Assembly: GCA_034521065.1 (NCBI GenBank)
Contig: JAXHMW010000020.1
Location: 196,986 to 260,985 of the forward strand
From: Planctomycetota bacterium
Lineage (GTDB): Bacteria; Planctomycetota; B143-G9
Direction of reading: 5' to 3'
Length of the DNA: 64,000 nucleotides
Below are positions 9,170-20,222 of this stretch, piece by piece. The notes beneath the pieces are model-generated. The model saw only the letters and a list, made by a program, of their open reading frames with translations. It was not told the DNA's origin and ran no database searches. Positions within the stretch are counted from its first letter, which is position 1; the number at the start of each line of letters is the position of its first letter. Both the position numbers and the translations under genes were made by a program.

Positions 9170-11080
9170 TCAGTCCTCTTCCTCTATGCCGAACAGCTTC
9201 TTGTCGAACTTGCTCCACGCACCGAGTATGCCCTTGGGATCCGCAGGGTCGGTGCCGATGGCATCGCTTCTTGCCTTGTTCTGATAGGTCGAGAACTGCT
9301 CTGCGAACAGGGAGAGCTCGGGCGGAGTGGCCTTTACCAGTACCTGCACCCTCCATGCCTTGGTCTGCTGGTCCTCGATCCAGATGGGCTCTTCTGCTAC
9401 GGTACCTTCCTCGAGAGCCTCTCCGAACTTGTCGAAGAACATGAGGTTGGCCTTGGTGCCCTTTGCTTCCATCCAGGAGACGGCGGAAGAGAGGTCTTCG
9501 ACGGTCTGCCCGGCATTCAGGGCCTCGATGATGTCCATCGCCCTCTGCTTTGCGAGTTCGCGCTGCTTGCGATAGCGGTAGGCGACCTCGACCTGCTCCT
9601 TAACTTCCTCGTAGGGCTTGACCTTCGCGGGCTTCTCGTTTTCCACAAAGAACATGTACTTGCCGCCGGTAACCTCCATGACGGGCGAGAAGGAGTCGTT
9701 GCGCTCTTCGGAGGCATGCGTCCAGTAAGACTCGTCCGTGAAGGCCTTTATCTTCAGCTCGGTGCTGCCGTAAGTCTCAAGCGTCTCGGCCTCCTGCATG
9801 GAAAAGGTCGCCTTGTCCAGTTGGATGGAGTACTTCTCTCCGAGCTTTTCCTGCAGGGTGGAATTGATGATATCGAAGTTGAACTTGGTGAGATACATTT
9901 CTGATATCAGGTTGCGCACCTCGGTGAGTATCTCGTCCGCCTTGTCTTTCGCACGAACGGACAGGTAATCGTCAATCACATCTTCGCGAACGGCATCGAG
10001 TTCCTTGAACTCGGAACCATCCCAATCCCCGTACGGTGTATATGCTTCGAGCTTGTTGACGGTGTAATCGTTGTCCACATCCGGGTTCGGAATGCGTGGC
10101 GGTGGCTGGTCGTAATCGGGCGGCGGAGTGGAAGTTTCGTCGGGACTCTCTGTATCAGGAGCAAATGGGCCGTAATACACGGGCTCGGGCAAGTTATCCT
10201 CGCGGTAATTTGCAATGTTGTCGTAGTAGTGCTCTGTAATCTCCGGGCCTTCGGGGTCGTACTCTATGTTCTTCCGGACCTCGTCATAAGGGACATAGAC
10301 AAAGCGGGCCTCGGCGTAGGGGCCATCGTCGATATCGCACTTGTCAATTAGGGGGTCCCCGGAAAGTTCCCTGAGCTGCTTTTCGAGTTCGGCGAGTTCG
10401 TCATCGTTTACGTCGAAGCTCGCCTTCATCTTCTGAATGCGAACTCTCAGGTCGAACTTCTCCTGCCACTTCTCCACCGATTCGTCGTACAACTCCCTGA
10501 GCTTTTCCTCGTTTACGATCACGTCCTCGGCGTAGTCCTCGGGATTGATGTGGGCGTACTTGACCACGTAGTTATAACGGTCAAAGAGAAACTTGGAGTA
10601 AACTTCGGATGCGGTTGGCGTTATTATGGACCTTCGGAAGTTGCTGTACTTTTCACGCAGAGTCTTCTGACGGAACCAGAGCCTGAGTTCCTCGGGCGTC
10701 AGCCCTAATTGCTTGAGGGTGGCCTGGTAGGTTTTCTGATTGCCCTGGAACTGTTCGGCAATCTGAATGTCAATCTCGGCATCGGTGGCGGTGAACCCGT
10801 ACTTTTTGGCAAGGATGCATTCGCCGACTACCTCTTTGACGTCGTCTTCATTGAAAGAACGGTCTTGGTTGATTGCGCCCCAGACCTTTGCGGTGCGGAT
10901 GTGGTAACCCTTTTTCACGTCCTCGCCGTGGATCTTGTAAATCACCTCGCGCTCTTCGCTGCCGAAAATGGCGTTGATCGCGAAGCCCAAGCCAAAAAGC
11001 GAGAAGGCCACGACGACCGGCATGAGTAGAACCCAGGTGACCAATTTCTGCTTGGAGCGCAGGAATTGCATTAACGTCAT
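9170..11080 (-). CDS. membrane-anchored periplasmic chaperone, PpiD/SurA-N-terminal-domain-like
   Basis: Intact 636-aa ORF with an N-terminal TM anchor (LVTWVLLMPVVVAFSLFGLGF). Its size and layout resemble PpiD, and it has an acidic/Pro-rich insert. The assignment rests on architecture only. Confidence 0.6.
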   Translation of the reverse strand: MTLMQFLRSKQKLVTWVLLMPVVVAFSLFGLGFAINAIFGSEEREVIYKIHGEDVKKGYHIRTAKVWGAINQDRSFNEDDVKEVVGECILAKKYGFTATDAEIDIQIAEQFQGNQKTYQATLKQLGLTPEELRLWFRQKTLREKYSNFRRSIITPTASEVYSKFLFDRYNYVVKYAHINPEDYAEDVIVNEEKLRELYDESVEKWQEKFDLRVRIQKMKASFDVNDDELAELEKQLRELSGDPLIDKCDIDDGPYAEARFVYVPYDEVRKNIEYDPEGPEITEHYYDNIANYREDNLPEPVYYGPFAPDTESPDETSTPPPDYDQPPPRIPNPDVDNDYTVNKLEAYTPYGDWDGSEFKELDAVREDVIDDYLSVRAKDKADEILTEVRNLISEMYLTKFNFDIINSTLQEKLGEKYSIQLDKATFSMQEAETLETYGSTELKIKAFTDESYWTHASEERNDSFSPVMEVTGGKYMFFVENEKPAKVKPYEEVKEQVEVAYRYRKQRELAKQRAMDIIEALNAGQTVEDLSSAVSWMEAKGTKANLMFFDKFGEALEEGTVAEEPIWIEDQQTKAWRVQVLVKATPPELSLFAEQFSTYQNKARSDAIGTDPADPKGILGAWSKFDKKLFGIEEED

Positions 11081-11267
11081 TCGAGCATCCTTACATTTAT
11101 GTATGAGAGGTCTCTACTTCGGCATAATACCCAAGGAATTGTAGTGTCCGATTAACGTATCTCAAACATTTTTTCCAGCCTGCAACGACCTATACAGACA
11201 GGTTTTGCGCATACATGTCCTGCTCTGAGGCGGTCCGGTCGCCCATCTCATCGAACCGGATACAATC

Positions 11268-12228
11268 TTGAACATGGATATAATGCCCCTTGCCACACAA
11301 CCAATTCTTCTCGAAAAGGTATGGGGAGGCTCGCGTCTCGCGGCCTTCAACCGTGATGTGCCCGAAGGTCTCGCGGTTGGTGAATCCTGGGATGTATCCG
11401 ACTACGAGAACCTCTACAGCTATGTTTCGGCTCCGCCATTGGGCAACGTCACACTGCATAACCTTCTCGCGCGCCATGGCGAACAGGTTCTCGGACAGGC
11501 TGAATATGACCCGCGCGGGAGATTTCCGCTGCTTTTCAAACTGATAGACGCTTCGCAGCGCCTTTCGCTGCAGGTACATCCCGACGACGAGGTAGCAGCG
11601 AAGCTGAACGACCCGAACGGCGGAAAGGAAGAGGCGTGGTTTGTGCTCGAATCCGGCGAAAACGGAAGGCTTGCGCTGGGACTCCGCGACGGAACGGGCG
11701 TTGAAGACCTGCTTGATGCCATTTCATCGGGCCGCGAGGAGGAAGTCGTCAACTGGGTTCCGGTAAGAACGGGAGACTTCGTCCTTGTCCGCCCGGGACT
11801 CGTGCACGCCATTGACTCGGGAGTGGTACTTGCGGAGATCCAGCAGACAAGCGACGCCACTTACCGGCTTTCGGACTGGGGTTCAAAGCGTTCTCGTGCA
11901 ACCCATCACGAGCAGGCCCGCGCGGCTATCCGTCCCGAACTGAGTGCGAGCCTCATCCACACGGATGAGGCGCAAGAAGATGACGTCCGCCTCTGCTTCA
12001 CCGGCAAACTGACGGTAAGACTCGTGACCGTGAACGGAGAACGTGAACTGTTCCGGACCCGTTCCGCAGATAGTGTTCTGTCTGGAAGGCAGTTGTGAAC
12101 TGTCCAACGCCGAAGGTACGCTGACAGTTGAACGTTATTCTACCTCGCTTGTGCCCGCGCTGCCCGCACGCAAGACGGTACGCGGCAGGGCGAAGCTTCT
12201 GATTATGACAAACGGACCGAGGAGTTAA
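11268..12228 (+). CDS. manA: class I mannose-6-phosphate isomerase (one frame change)
   Basis: Motifs LLEKVWGGSRL, LQVHPDD, KEEAWFVLE and VHAIDSGVVLAEIQQTSD. The C-terminal barrel continues in track ORF 12043..12228 after a shift near 12040-12060. The start is uncertain (TTG 11268, ATG 11274 or ATG 11283). Confidence 0.75.
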
Positions 12229-12229
12229 A

Positions 12230-13052
12230 TTGAGAATCAACCGTTTCCTTGCGTCGGCGGGAGTTGCCAGTCGCCGTAAGGCGGAAAAGTACATACTCGA
12301 CGGAAGAGTTGCAGTCAACGGCCAAACGGTGGTTGACCTCGCCACTACGGTCACTCCGTCCGAAGACAGAGTGACCCTTGATGGGAAGCCTCTTCAAATC
12401 GAAAAGAAGGTGCACTACCTTCTCAACAAGCCCAAGGGCTACGTTACGACCAACAAGGACGAGTTGGGCCGCAAGACGGTATTCGAGCTGGTTCCCCCCG
12501 CTGCTGACAGGCTGTTCGCGGCGGGAAGGCTTGACGTGCGACTCCAGCGGTCTCGTGCTGATAACCAACGACGGCAAGCTTGCCAACCGTCTGGCACATC
12601 CTTCCTTTGAACTCGGCAAGACGTACAGGGTCTTACTCAGAGGACAGTTGAGCGAGAAGGACATCGCCGAACTTCGAAGCGGCGTATGGCTTGCCGAGGG
12701 CAAGACCAGTCCAGCGCACGTAAAGGTGGTATCTTCTACTAAGGACTCCACCATCGCGCATATCACCATCCACGAGGGCATCAACCGGCAGGTACGCAGG
12801 ATGTTCGCGAAGGTCGGGAGCAAGGTGATAGAACTGGAACGCATCTCGATCGGTCCGGTAAAAATAGAGCAAATGCAGCCCGGCGAGTGCCGCCCCCTTA
12901 CCGAGGAGGAGCTTTCGGCACTACGGGAGGCAACGCTACGCAAGAAGAAACGCAAAAAACCTCCGCACAGCCGCGGCCGTTCCGGCGGCGGTCAGCGCAG
13001 GGCGGGTCGTAAAGATTCCGACAGGGGCACAAGAAGAGGTAAGAAACGATGA
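12230..13052 (+). CDS. rluB: pseudouridine synthase, RsuA/RluB family (one frame change)
   Basis: AGGAG SD before the TTG start. S4 domain MRINRFLASAGVASRRKAE and catalytic GRLD, then a shift near 12535-12541 into track ORF 12378..13052 (SSGLVLITNDGKLANRLAHPS). The tail is Lys/Arg-rich. Confidence 0.8.
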
Positions 13053-13816
13053 AAAAGGCGACGTTTTTCCTTCTGATGACGGCGTTTGGCCTGGCAGCGT
13101 TTTCGGTTTCCACGGTCTTCGCGGACGGTGAGGAAGAGGGAACCGCGACCCCCGTGCCCAAGACCACCGGGTCCGCACAGGTTCTGAAATCAGTTGACGT
13201 TGTTACCCTCGAGGACGGAACCGAAATCCGGGGCAGGATTATCGCCGCAGGCCCGAAGGCCGTGGTGATACTCGTAGAAAAGGGCGACAAGGTGACACAG
13301 CGTACCATCTCTCGCGACAAGGTTGCGAAAGTAGAAAAGGGTAAGACCGTGCCCGAACGCGATGAGTACGAGACAGGTGTTGTGGACGGCCACGAGAAGA
13401 TTATCTCGAAAAAGGAAGGCGACGAGAACTCCTCGTCCGAGACACCCGATACACCGGAAAAGACCTCCACGCGAACACCACAAAAAACGAAACCCGCAAA
13501 GACCGACAAACCTGCCGAAATAGAGAAGCTCACCACTTCCTCCAAGGCGGATAAAATTCTCGAAGAGCTTTCGAAGCACAAATCCTTCAAGGGGCTCGCA
13601 GACATCCTCGGCAGGGAGAACGCCCTGAAGATGATCAACAACAGCCGTAAACAGAAGCACTTCCAGAGAATCCTGGAAAGCCATAACGCCGGAGACGATA
13701 TCCGGGCACGCGACATGATAGACCTGTTCTATCGCAGCCGCCTGAAGCTCGAGGACGAAACCCGTAAGCGAGCAATGCGATACCTTTCCGACATTGCATG
13801 GCAACCCAAGAGATAA
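13049..13816 (+). CDS. secreted hypothetical protein
   Basis: Intact ORF. The signal peptide MKKATFFLLMTAFGLAAFSVSTVFA is followed by DGEEEG. No recognisable domain. Confidence 0.6.
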   Translation: MKKATFFLLMTAFGLAAFSVSTVFADGEEEGTATPVPKTTGSAQVLKSVDVVTLEDGTEIRGRIIAAGPKAVVILVEKGDKVTQRTISRDKVAKVEKGKTVPERDEYETGVVDGHEKIISKKEGDENSSSETPDTPEKTSTRTPQKTKPAKTDKPAEIEKLTTSSKADKILEELSKHKSFKGLADILGRENALKMINNSRKQKHFQRILESHNAGDDIRARDMIDLFYRSRLKLEDETRKRAMRYLSDIAWQPKR

Positions 13817-13835
13817 CGTTCAAGGAGAACAGTTA

Positions 13836-15116
13836 ATGCTCCAGCTCGCGATAGCAAGGGCCGGCAAGATAAGTGACCAGGTAAAGGTCGTGGCGAACGC
13901 GGAAGGGGTTTCTTCTGACCTCGTGCGCGAAAACCTCGCGAACGGCAGGCTCGCAATACCCTGCAATAAGAACAGGGGAGACCGAAACCTGTACGGAATA
14001 GGTGCCGGCATGACCGTCAAGGTCAACGCCAACATAGGCACCAGCGGAGAGATAGACGACATAGAAATGGAACTCGAGAAGCTGCGCGCTGTGGAAGAGG
14101 CCGGAGCACATGCCGTAATGGATCTTTCCACGGGAGGCGACCTTCGCAAAACGCGCAAAATCCTTCTCGAAAACACCCGCCTGTGTACGGGCAGTGTGCC
14201 GATTTACGAAGCCGCCGCCGTCGCACGCAGAACGGAAGGCTCGTTCAACAAGCTGTCGGTGGATACCCTTCTGGAGGTCATCCGCTGGCACGCCGAGGAT
14301 GGCATAGACTTCCTCACCCTTCACTGCGGAGTCACGCGCGAGAGCGCGAAGCTCGCACAGGACAGAATATGCGGAACGGTATCGCGAGGCGGAACGCTGC
14401 TCGTGGACTGGATGGAACACAACAACGAGGAAAACCCGCTTTACACGCACTACGATGAGGTTCTGGACATCTGTCGTGAATACGACGTGACCATCTCGCT
14501 TGGCGACGGCATGCGTCCCGGTTCTCTCGCGGACTCATTCGACCAGGCGCAGATACACGAGCTTTACGTTCTTGCGGAACTTACCCGGCGTGCGTGGGAA
14601 CGCGATGTGCAGGTCATAATCGAGGGTCCCGGTCACGTTCCGCTCGACCAGGTAGAGGCTCAGGTGAAGATGATGAAGACCGTGTGCAAGGACGCGCCGT
14701 TCTACATCTTAGGGCCACTCGTAACCGACGTCGCCCCGGGATACGACCACATTACGGGAGCCATCGGCGGAGCAGTTGCGGCAATGGCGGGAGCGGATTT
14801 CCTCTGCTACGTCACTCCGGCCGAACACCTTTCTTTGCCAGATGCGAAACAGGCGAAACACGGAGTGATCGCATCGCGCATCGCAGCCCATGCTGCGGAT
14901 GTCGCACGCGGGCACAAGGGGGCTCGCGACTGGGACGACGATATGAGCCGAAGGCGCGCCGAACTCGACTGGGAGGGCATGTTCCGAAACGCCATTGACC
15001 CCGAGACCGCGCAGGCGATTCGCACCCAGGGCATGTCGAACGACCCGGACGTATGCAGCATGTGCGGAGAGTTCTGCACCTACAAGGTTCGCAAAAAGGA
15101 CACCGAAAGGCAATAG
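13836..15116 (+). CDS. thiC: phosphomethylpyrimidine synthase
   Basis: ThiC-like along its whole length, with the C-terminal CSMCGEFC cluster motif. AAGGAGA SD before ATG 13836; the track ORF starts upstream at 13794. Confidence 0.95.
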   Translation: MLQLAIARAGKISDQVKVVANAEGVSSDLVRENLANGRLAIPCNKNRGDRNLYGIGAGMTVKVNANIGTSGEIDDIEMELEKLRAVEEAGAHAVMDLSTGGDLRKTRKILLENTRLCTGSVPIYEAAAVARRTEGSFNKLSVDTLLEVIRWHAEDGIDFLTLHCGVTRESAKLAQDRICGTVSRGGTLLVDWMEHNNEENPLYTHYDEVLDICREYDVTISLGDGMRPGSLADSFDQAQIHELYVLAELTRRAWERDVQVIIEGPGHVPLDQVEAQVKMMKTVCKDAPFYILGPLVTDVAPGYDHITGAIGGAVAAMAGADFLCYVTPAEHLSLPDAKQAKHGVIASRIAAHAADVARGHKGARDWDDDMSRRRAELDWEGMFRNAIDPETAQAIRTQGMSNDPDVCSMCGEFCTYKVRKKDTERQ

Positions 15117-15145
15117 CGGTTTTCGGCGCAGTCCGTCCAAAGGAT

Positions 15146-16648
15146 ATGGCAGAAAAGAACTCGACCCATTTCAGTATTCTGCTCGCACTGACTCTCTCGG
15201 CAGTTCTCGCTTTGTCGGCACTGTCGGCTTGTGAATCAGGTGCCGAGAGCGACTCGGCACAGGTTCGCGAGGCATACGTAGACGCGCTGAAGGCCGAAAG
15301 CCCCCGTAAACGCGCCGCGGCTGTGCGCAAGCTGGGCATGTACCTGCCGGACTCCGTCGCCGTTCGCGGTCTGAAAGCGGTGTTCGAAAGGGAACAGGAC
15401 GCGTCGGTACTGCTCGAAGCGGTCGAATCCTGCAAGACGAAGAAGGCCGAAGCGCTCTCCGAATCCCTTCTGGCACTCGTGTCACATCCTGATATTGACG
15501 TAAACCTTCAATCGGCCAGGGCTGCGCACGTGATAGATGCAAAAAAGGCAAAGGGCGCGCTGCACCGGCTTGCGCACACACCTGGCCGCAGCCCCCTTCC
15601 CTACCTTCGCGCACTCGTGGCACTTTCCAAAAGAGGCGAGTACGAGGATTTTCTGAAATATCTCAGCGACAAAAGACCCGAAGTGCGCTCCGTGGCCCTT
15701 TCGGCCCTGGTTCAACTCGGCGCAGTCAAGAAGTCGAATCACGCGGTTAAGATGCTTTCGGACAGGAACGAAGCCGTTCGGCGCGAGGCGATACGGGCCG
15801 CGGCTCACTTTCGTGACAAGAATGCCATACCGCACCTTATAGCGCTGCTCGGTGAAGGGAATTATTCCACGCAGGCGCACGAGGCGTTGAAAGAGCTTTC
15901 GAGGGAGGACTTCAAGCCCGACCCTGCCGTCTGGCAAAGGTGGTGGAAGGCGGCGGAAAAGGACTTCCGTGCGCCGGAATACGAATACCTCTCGTCCCGC
16001 GGGAAAGTTCGCTTCTTCAAGCATTCCCCCGAGGCCACAAGGGTGGTTTACATGCTCGACCTGTCCGACAGCATGGGCTCGGGCAACGGTTCGTCTCTCG
16101 AGGCACAGTTCGAGGAGCTTGAGAGTTCCCTGTACTCCCTTCCCCCCACTCTCTCGTTCAACCTCGTCGCGTATTCTCGTGGTGCCGAGTCCTTTGTGCC
16201 CACCGCGCTCCGCGCCGACATGCCCGCTATTCTTTCGGCCCTGAAGTGGTTGCGAATGCAGGGCACGGACAAGTACACGTCAAGCTATGACGGATTCAAA
16301 AAAGCTCTTGCCGTAAGGGATGCAGAGGTTATATTTTTCTCGGGCAACGGCCTTCCCAACTGGGGCGACCTTCCCTCCGGCGAGAACCCCGAACTGGAAG
16401 ACAATGTCGTCACGGCGGTCAGGAAATTGCGAAAAGAACTTAACCCCAAGATTCGGATATTCACCGTAGGTTTCCCATTCCAACCCGACCTTCATGAATC
16501 CGGCGGCGGGAACCTTTTGCCAAAAGAACGCACAAAGAGGATAAGGACGTTCGAAAAGAGGGCAGCGGGATTCTTCCGCCTGCTCGCCGCGTTGAACGAC
16601 GGAGAATTCTGTTACGTGGACAAGACCCAGTCCGACACTATGAGGTGA
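15146..16648 (+). CDS. lipoprotein with HEAT-like repeats and a C-terminal von Willebrand factor A domain
   Basis: ATG 15146 with an AAAGGA SD. Signal plus lipobox LALSALSAC. Repeated xVRxxAxxxLG helices, then a VWA domain with the MIDAS motif DLSDSMG. Confidence 0.7.
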   Translation: MAEKNSTHFSILLALTLSAVLALSALSACESGAESDSAQVREAYVDALKAESPRKRAAAVRKLGMYLPDSVAVRGLKAVFEREQDASVLLEAVESCKTKKAEALSESLLALVSHPDIDVNLQSARAAHVIDAKKAKGALHRLAHTPGRSPLPYLRALVALSKRGEYEDFLKYLSDKRPEVRSVALSALVQLGAVKKSNHAVKMLSDRNEAVRREAIRAAAHFRDKNAIPHLIALLGEGNYSTQAHEALKELSREDFKPDPAVWQRWWKAAEKDFRAPEYEYLSSRGKVRFFKHSPEATRVVYMLDLSDSMGSGNGSSLEAQFEELESSLYSLPPTLSFNLVAYSRGAESFVPTALRADMPAILSALKWLRMQGTDKYTSSYDGFKKALAVRDAEVIFFSGNGLPNWGDLPSGENPELEDNVVTAVRKLRKELNPKIRIFTVGFPFQPDLHESGGGNLLPKERTKRIRTFEKRAAGFFRLLAALNDGEFCYVDKTQSDTMR

Positions 16649-16651
16649 CAA

Positions 16652-17259
16652 ATGAACAAGGCACTGACAATGATTATGGTCGTGGTCGTACTGATTGCTG
16701 CAATCGCGGTGGTCTATTTCGCCATGCTGAAGGAAGATTCGACGGAGAACGGGCCGGAACTTTCGGCCGAGCCCGGCACTTCTCTGAACATAACCAAGGC
16801 AGCTCTCCCCGGCACGTCGAACAACATAGTCATCAACGCTGCGGATTACGAGAAGATTGAGGGTCCGCTAGAAGTCGAAGAGCAGGATGATTATGCCGGT
16901 GGCAAGTCACTTTATCTTCCCGACGCCGTTCTCGGCAAGCCCGCTGAACTCAAGGCCAAGGTCACCTACAAGTTCTTAGTGCCCGAGGCAGGCACGTACA
17001 AGGTATGGATACGCCACTGGTGGAAGGACGAATGCGCCAACTCGTTGTTCTTGGTCTTCGACGACGGCCCCGGCATGCTTTTCGGCCGACGACGGCACCG
17101 TGAATCACTGGCGCTGGCCTCCACCGCTGAAGATGACGGTGGAATTGGATGCCGGAGAACATAAGCTTGAGATAATTCGCCCGCGAAGACGGATTGAAGT
17201 TCGACCAGATATTGATTACGCCTGACGAGGACTTCTATCCTGTCGGCATCCAGAACTGA
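16652..17259 (+). CDS. membrane-anchored protein with jelly-roll/carbohydrate-binding-like domain (two frame changes)
   Basis: The start lies 3 nt after the upstream stop. TM anchor LTMIMVVVVLIAAIAVVYFAM. The sensible translation needs shifts near 17080-17090 and 17185-17200, giving ...YKVWIRHWWKDECANSLFLVFDDGPGMLFG / DDGTVNHWRWPPPLKMTVELDAGEHKLEIIRP / REDGLKFDQILITPDEDFYPVGIQN. Confidence 0.5.
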
Positions 17260-17281
17260 CGAGTTGCGGATTCGACATTCA

Positions 17282-17311
17282 AGGCCCCGCGTTCTGCGGG
17301 GCCTTTTTCTT
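17282..17311 (+). terminator. rho-independent terminator
   Basis: Stem AGGCCCCGC / GCGGGGCCT with a 5-nt loop, followed by TTTTT. Confidence 0.7.
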
Positions 17312-17370
17312 GTGTGAACAGAGGGCGGCAAGCGAATATAATCACAGCAGGAAAACAAGAGGACTGTAAC

Positions 17371-20153
17371 TTGGCACCGAAGCGCAACATAGCGATTATC
17401 CTGATATCAGTCACGCTGCTCGCCGTTTGTGGGGTGCTTATAGCCTACTGGCGGTTTTCGCGTCTTCGGATTTTCGAATGACAGCCGCCGAGAGGCAGTA
17501 CGTCAAAAATTTCGACCCGCTCAAGGTCGGCTACGTATCCGATGACGCCCCCTTTTCATACTCCCTGCCCTCCGGCCAACCTGCCGGCATCTATCCCGAA
17601 GCACTCCGCGAACTCGCCCACAAGCTCGGAATCTCCATCGAATTCGTTGACCTGACACGCTCGGACTCTTCTGCCGCATTGAGGTCAGGAGTCGTTCATG
17701 CTATTGTCGCCATCGACCAGGAGACGAAGCTCCGCTCAGCCCTTCCTGCCGGTAAAATTTTTGACATCCCTCTTGTTATCTACACAATGCGGGCATCCCC
17801 TGAAGTTAAGGCGGCCAAAGACCTTAAAATAATTGGAACTGTTCGTGGTGACCCTTCCGAGAAATATCTGCGACATAACGTTTCCTCTGTAATGCTCGAA
17901 CGTTCCGACAGCTACGAGGAGATGTTCGTAAAACTGATCAAGGGCGAGATACCTGCCATGAGCGGCGAACGCCAAGTGATAGAGCACATCGCTCGGAAAA
18001 GGGGCGTTGCCGGTCACATACAGGTTTTCGGGCTTCCGCTTTTCGTGCTATCGAGTTCCGTTTACGTTCACGTCAGGAACGAAAAGCTTCCGGGCCTTTT
18101 CGAACGCGCCATTCGCTGCATGGTAGAAGACGGTACTCTCGAGAGAATCGAACAGATACACACCGGAGTTTCGATAACGGATTACACGTGCGAGGCAGAG
18201 AAGAGCTTGTATTCTGCAGTAGCCCTTCTGCTGTTGTCGTTTGTAATACTCGCCGTAGCACTATTCGTGGGCGGAAGGCCGCAAAGGTCGGAAGAGGTTG
18301 AGATTCGGTCAGGCAATCCCTTTGAGGACTACGGGGGCGACGTTCCCCTCAATCGCTACTCGGTCCGCCATCTTTTGACGGGCCTCACGCGAACTCTGCG
18401 AATGACCACCGCGGTATTCCGTACACCCTCCGGAGAAGATTTGAGCGTTCCTGAGAACATCCGCTTCACCGAGGGTGAAGACCTCGAAACCCTTCTCGAT
18501 GTGGACTCCGATGTAATCGAACAGCACTCTAAGTACCATGAATGGTACGGCGCGAAACTGCCGAGAGGCAGCCGGATAGCGTTCCGCAGCAGATTGCGCA
18601 CGCTTACGCCGGAATTGAAGATGCTTTGCTATGTTTACGGAGCACTTCTTGAAGCGGCGGCTGAAGGTTCTCAGTACGCCGCTGGCGAGAGGGCCCTGCG
18701 TGAGATCGTAAAGACCGGTTTCGAACTCAAAGACCAGTTGCTTTGCGTTCTTAACAAGCGACTCGAGGTCGAAGAGGCATACGGCTGCATTGTGCCGGTG
18801 AGCGCAGATATGGTTCTGAACAAGGATTTGGCCGACTTTCTCGACCAGCGGGGCCTGAAAGGTGTCAGGAAGAATATCGAGCAAGTTGCGCGAAGCTCCC
18901 GATTCGATGCGAAGGGCGATATTCTACTGCTCTCCGAAAACAACCGCATTCCCTGTTCATACCGTATGAGCTACCGTGTTCTCAGCCGAGGCGACCGGAT
19001 AATTATCGCCATTCGTGACGAACGAACGCCCACGCGCATCGAAGAGGCAGCGAGAAAAGCGTATCGATTCGACTCTCTCGGCTCACTCGCCGTAGCCTTC
19101 ATAAGCGCGTTCGAAACAATGTTCCTGGCTATACAAGGATACGCGGGCATCCTGCTTCGGGAAAATGACCCGCAAAGCGGAGAAAGACACGTTTCACGAA
19201 TCTCCGACTACGCAGAAAGGGGAAGGAGGCTCTCCGAGAAGCTCCTGATAATCGCCCTGGGCTCGTGGCCCTCGCCCCAGTCAATGGAACTCACCGGCTT
19301 CATGAACGAGACAATGCGCACCCTTGTAACCGCCTTTCCCGACCACGAGATCGTCACACGTGCTGTCAAAGGCGAACATCACATCGATACCGACCCCGAC
19401 CTCCTTCTTCTGTGCATCTTCGCGCTCCTGTCGAACGCCATCGAGGCATCTCCGCCACAAAGCGAGGTGATAGTAGAGTCGAAAATAACAGAGTTGCCCG
19501 AGGATTACAAAGTACATTCCGGCGTGCTGAATCACGGCGCATATGCAATTATCCAGGTCACCGACAAGGGCGAGGGAATGAACAGCTCCGAAGCTGCCAT
19601 GGCGATAGAACCCTTCCAGACCACCAAGGACGAATCTCACAGGGGGCTCGGCCTCACGGTCACCGTCCACGCAGTCAACGCCTTCGGTGGCGGGCTGGAG
19701 ATAGATACGGCAAAGGGCAAGGGCACCACGGCCAAGCTCTATGTTCCCACCCGTGAACGCTCATCACTGCGCGACCAAGACCTTACGGGCAGCGGGGAAA
19801 ACCTTCTTCTCGTCAATCCCTCCCAGGAGTGGCTCGACATACTCTCCAGCATCTTCACCCGTTTCAACTACCAGACCTCCAACGTTCTTCTGACCACCGA
19901 CGCAAAGCGCATCCTGCAATCTCAGGAGTTCGATGCGATAGTGTACGAACCCGAACGTGCCGGTGCCGACACCGTCCTGTTCATCGAGGACGTCCGGCGC
20001 TTGCACCCCATGCTCCCGATAATCGTCATCCTCGCCGCCGGCGAGACCCGCGCATTCAACAAGCTGATACAGGACGACAAGACGTACGTGGTGGTTCGCA
20101 CTGGCGACGTGAAGCACATTGTTCACCAGATTCGCAAGATAATCCGTTCCTGA
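17371..20153 (+). CDS. sensor-kinase-like protein: periplasmic solute-binding domain, TM, degenerate HisKA, HATPase_c, pseudo-receiver
   Basis: Track ORF 17427..20153. An N-terminal signal anchor (LAPKRNIAIILISVTLLAVCGVLIAYW, from TTG 17371 with an AAGAGGA SD) is in another frame and joins at the T-run at 17471-17474. N-box LLSNAIEA, G1 DKGEGM and G2 GLGL are present, but the H-box position reads AFISAFETMF with no His. Confidence 0.7.
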
Positions 20154-20172
20154 CGGGCGAGTCTTTCAAATG

Positions 20173-20202
20173 AAAAGGGGCGGCAGAAGCCGCCCCTTTT
20201 TT
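20173..20202. terminator. bidirectional rho-independent terminator
   Basis: AAAA, then the stem GGGGCGGC, loop agaa, GCCGCCCC, then TTTTTT, between the convergent kinase gene and hydA. Confidence 0.8.
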
Positions 20203-20222
20203 CGATGGTCGAAGCGTGAACG

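Noticed and set aside
13650-13835. A TPP (THI-box) riboswitch expected upstream of thiC.
   Set aside because: Only 19 nt separate the upstream ORF from thiC. I could not find the conserved CTGAGA / ACCTGATCTGGATAATGCCAGCG elements in the preceding 200 nt.
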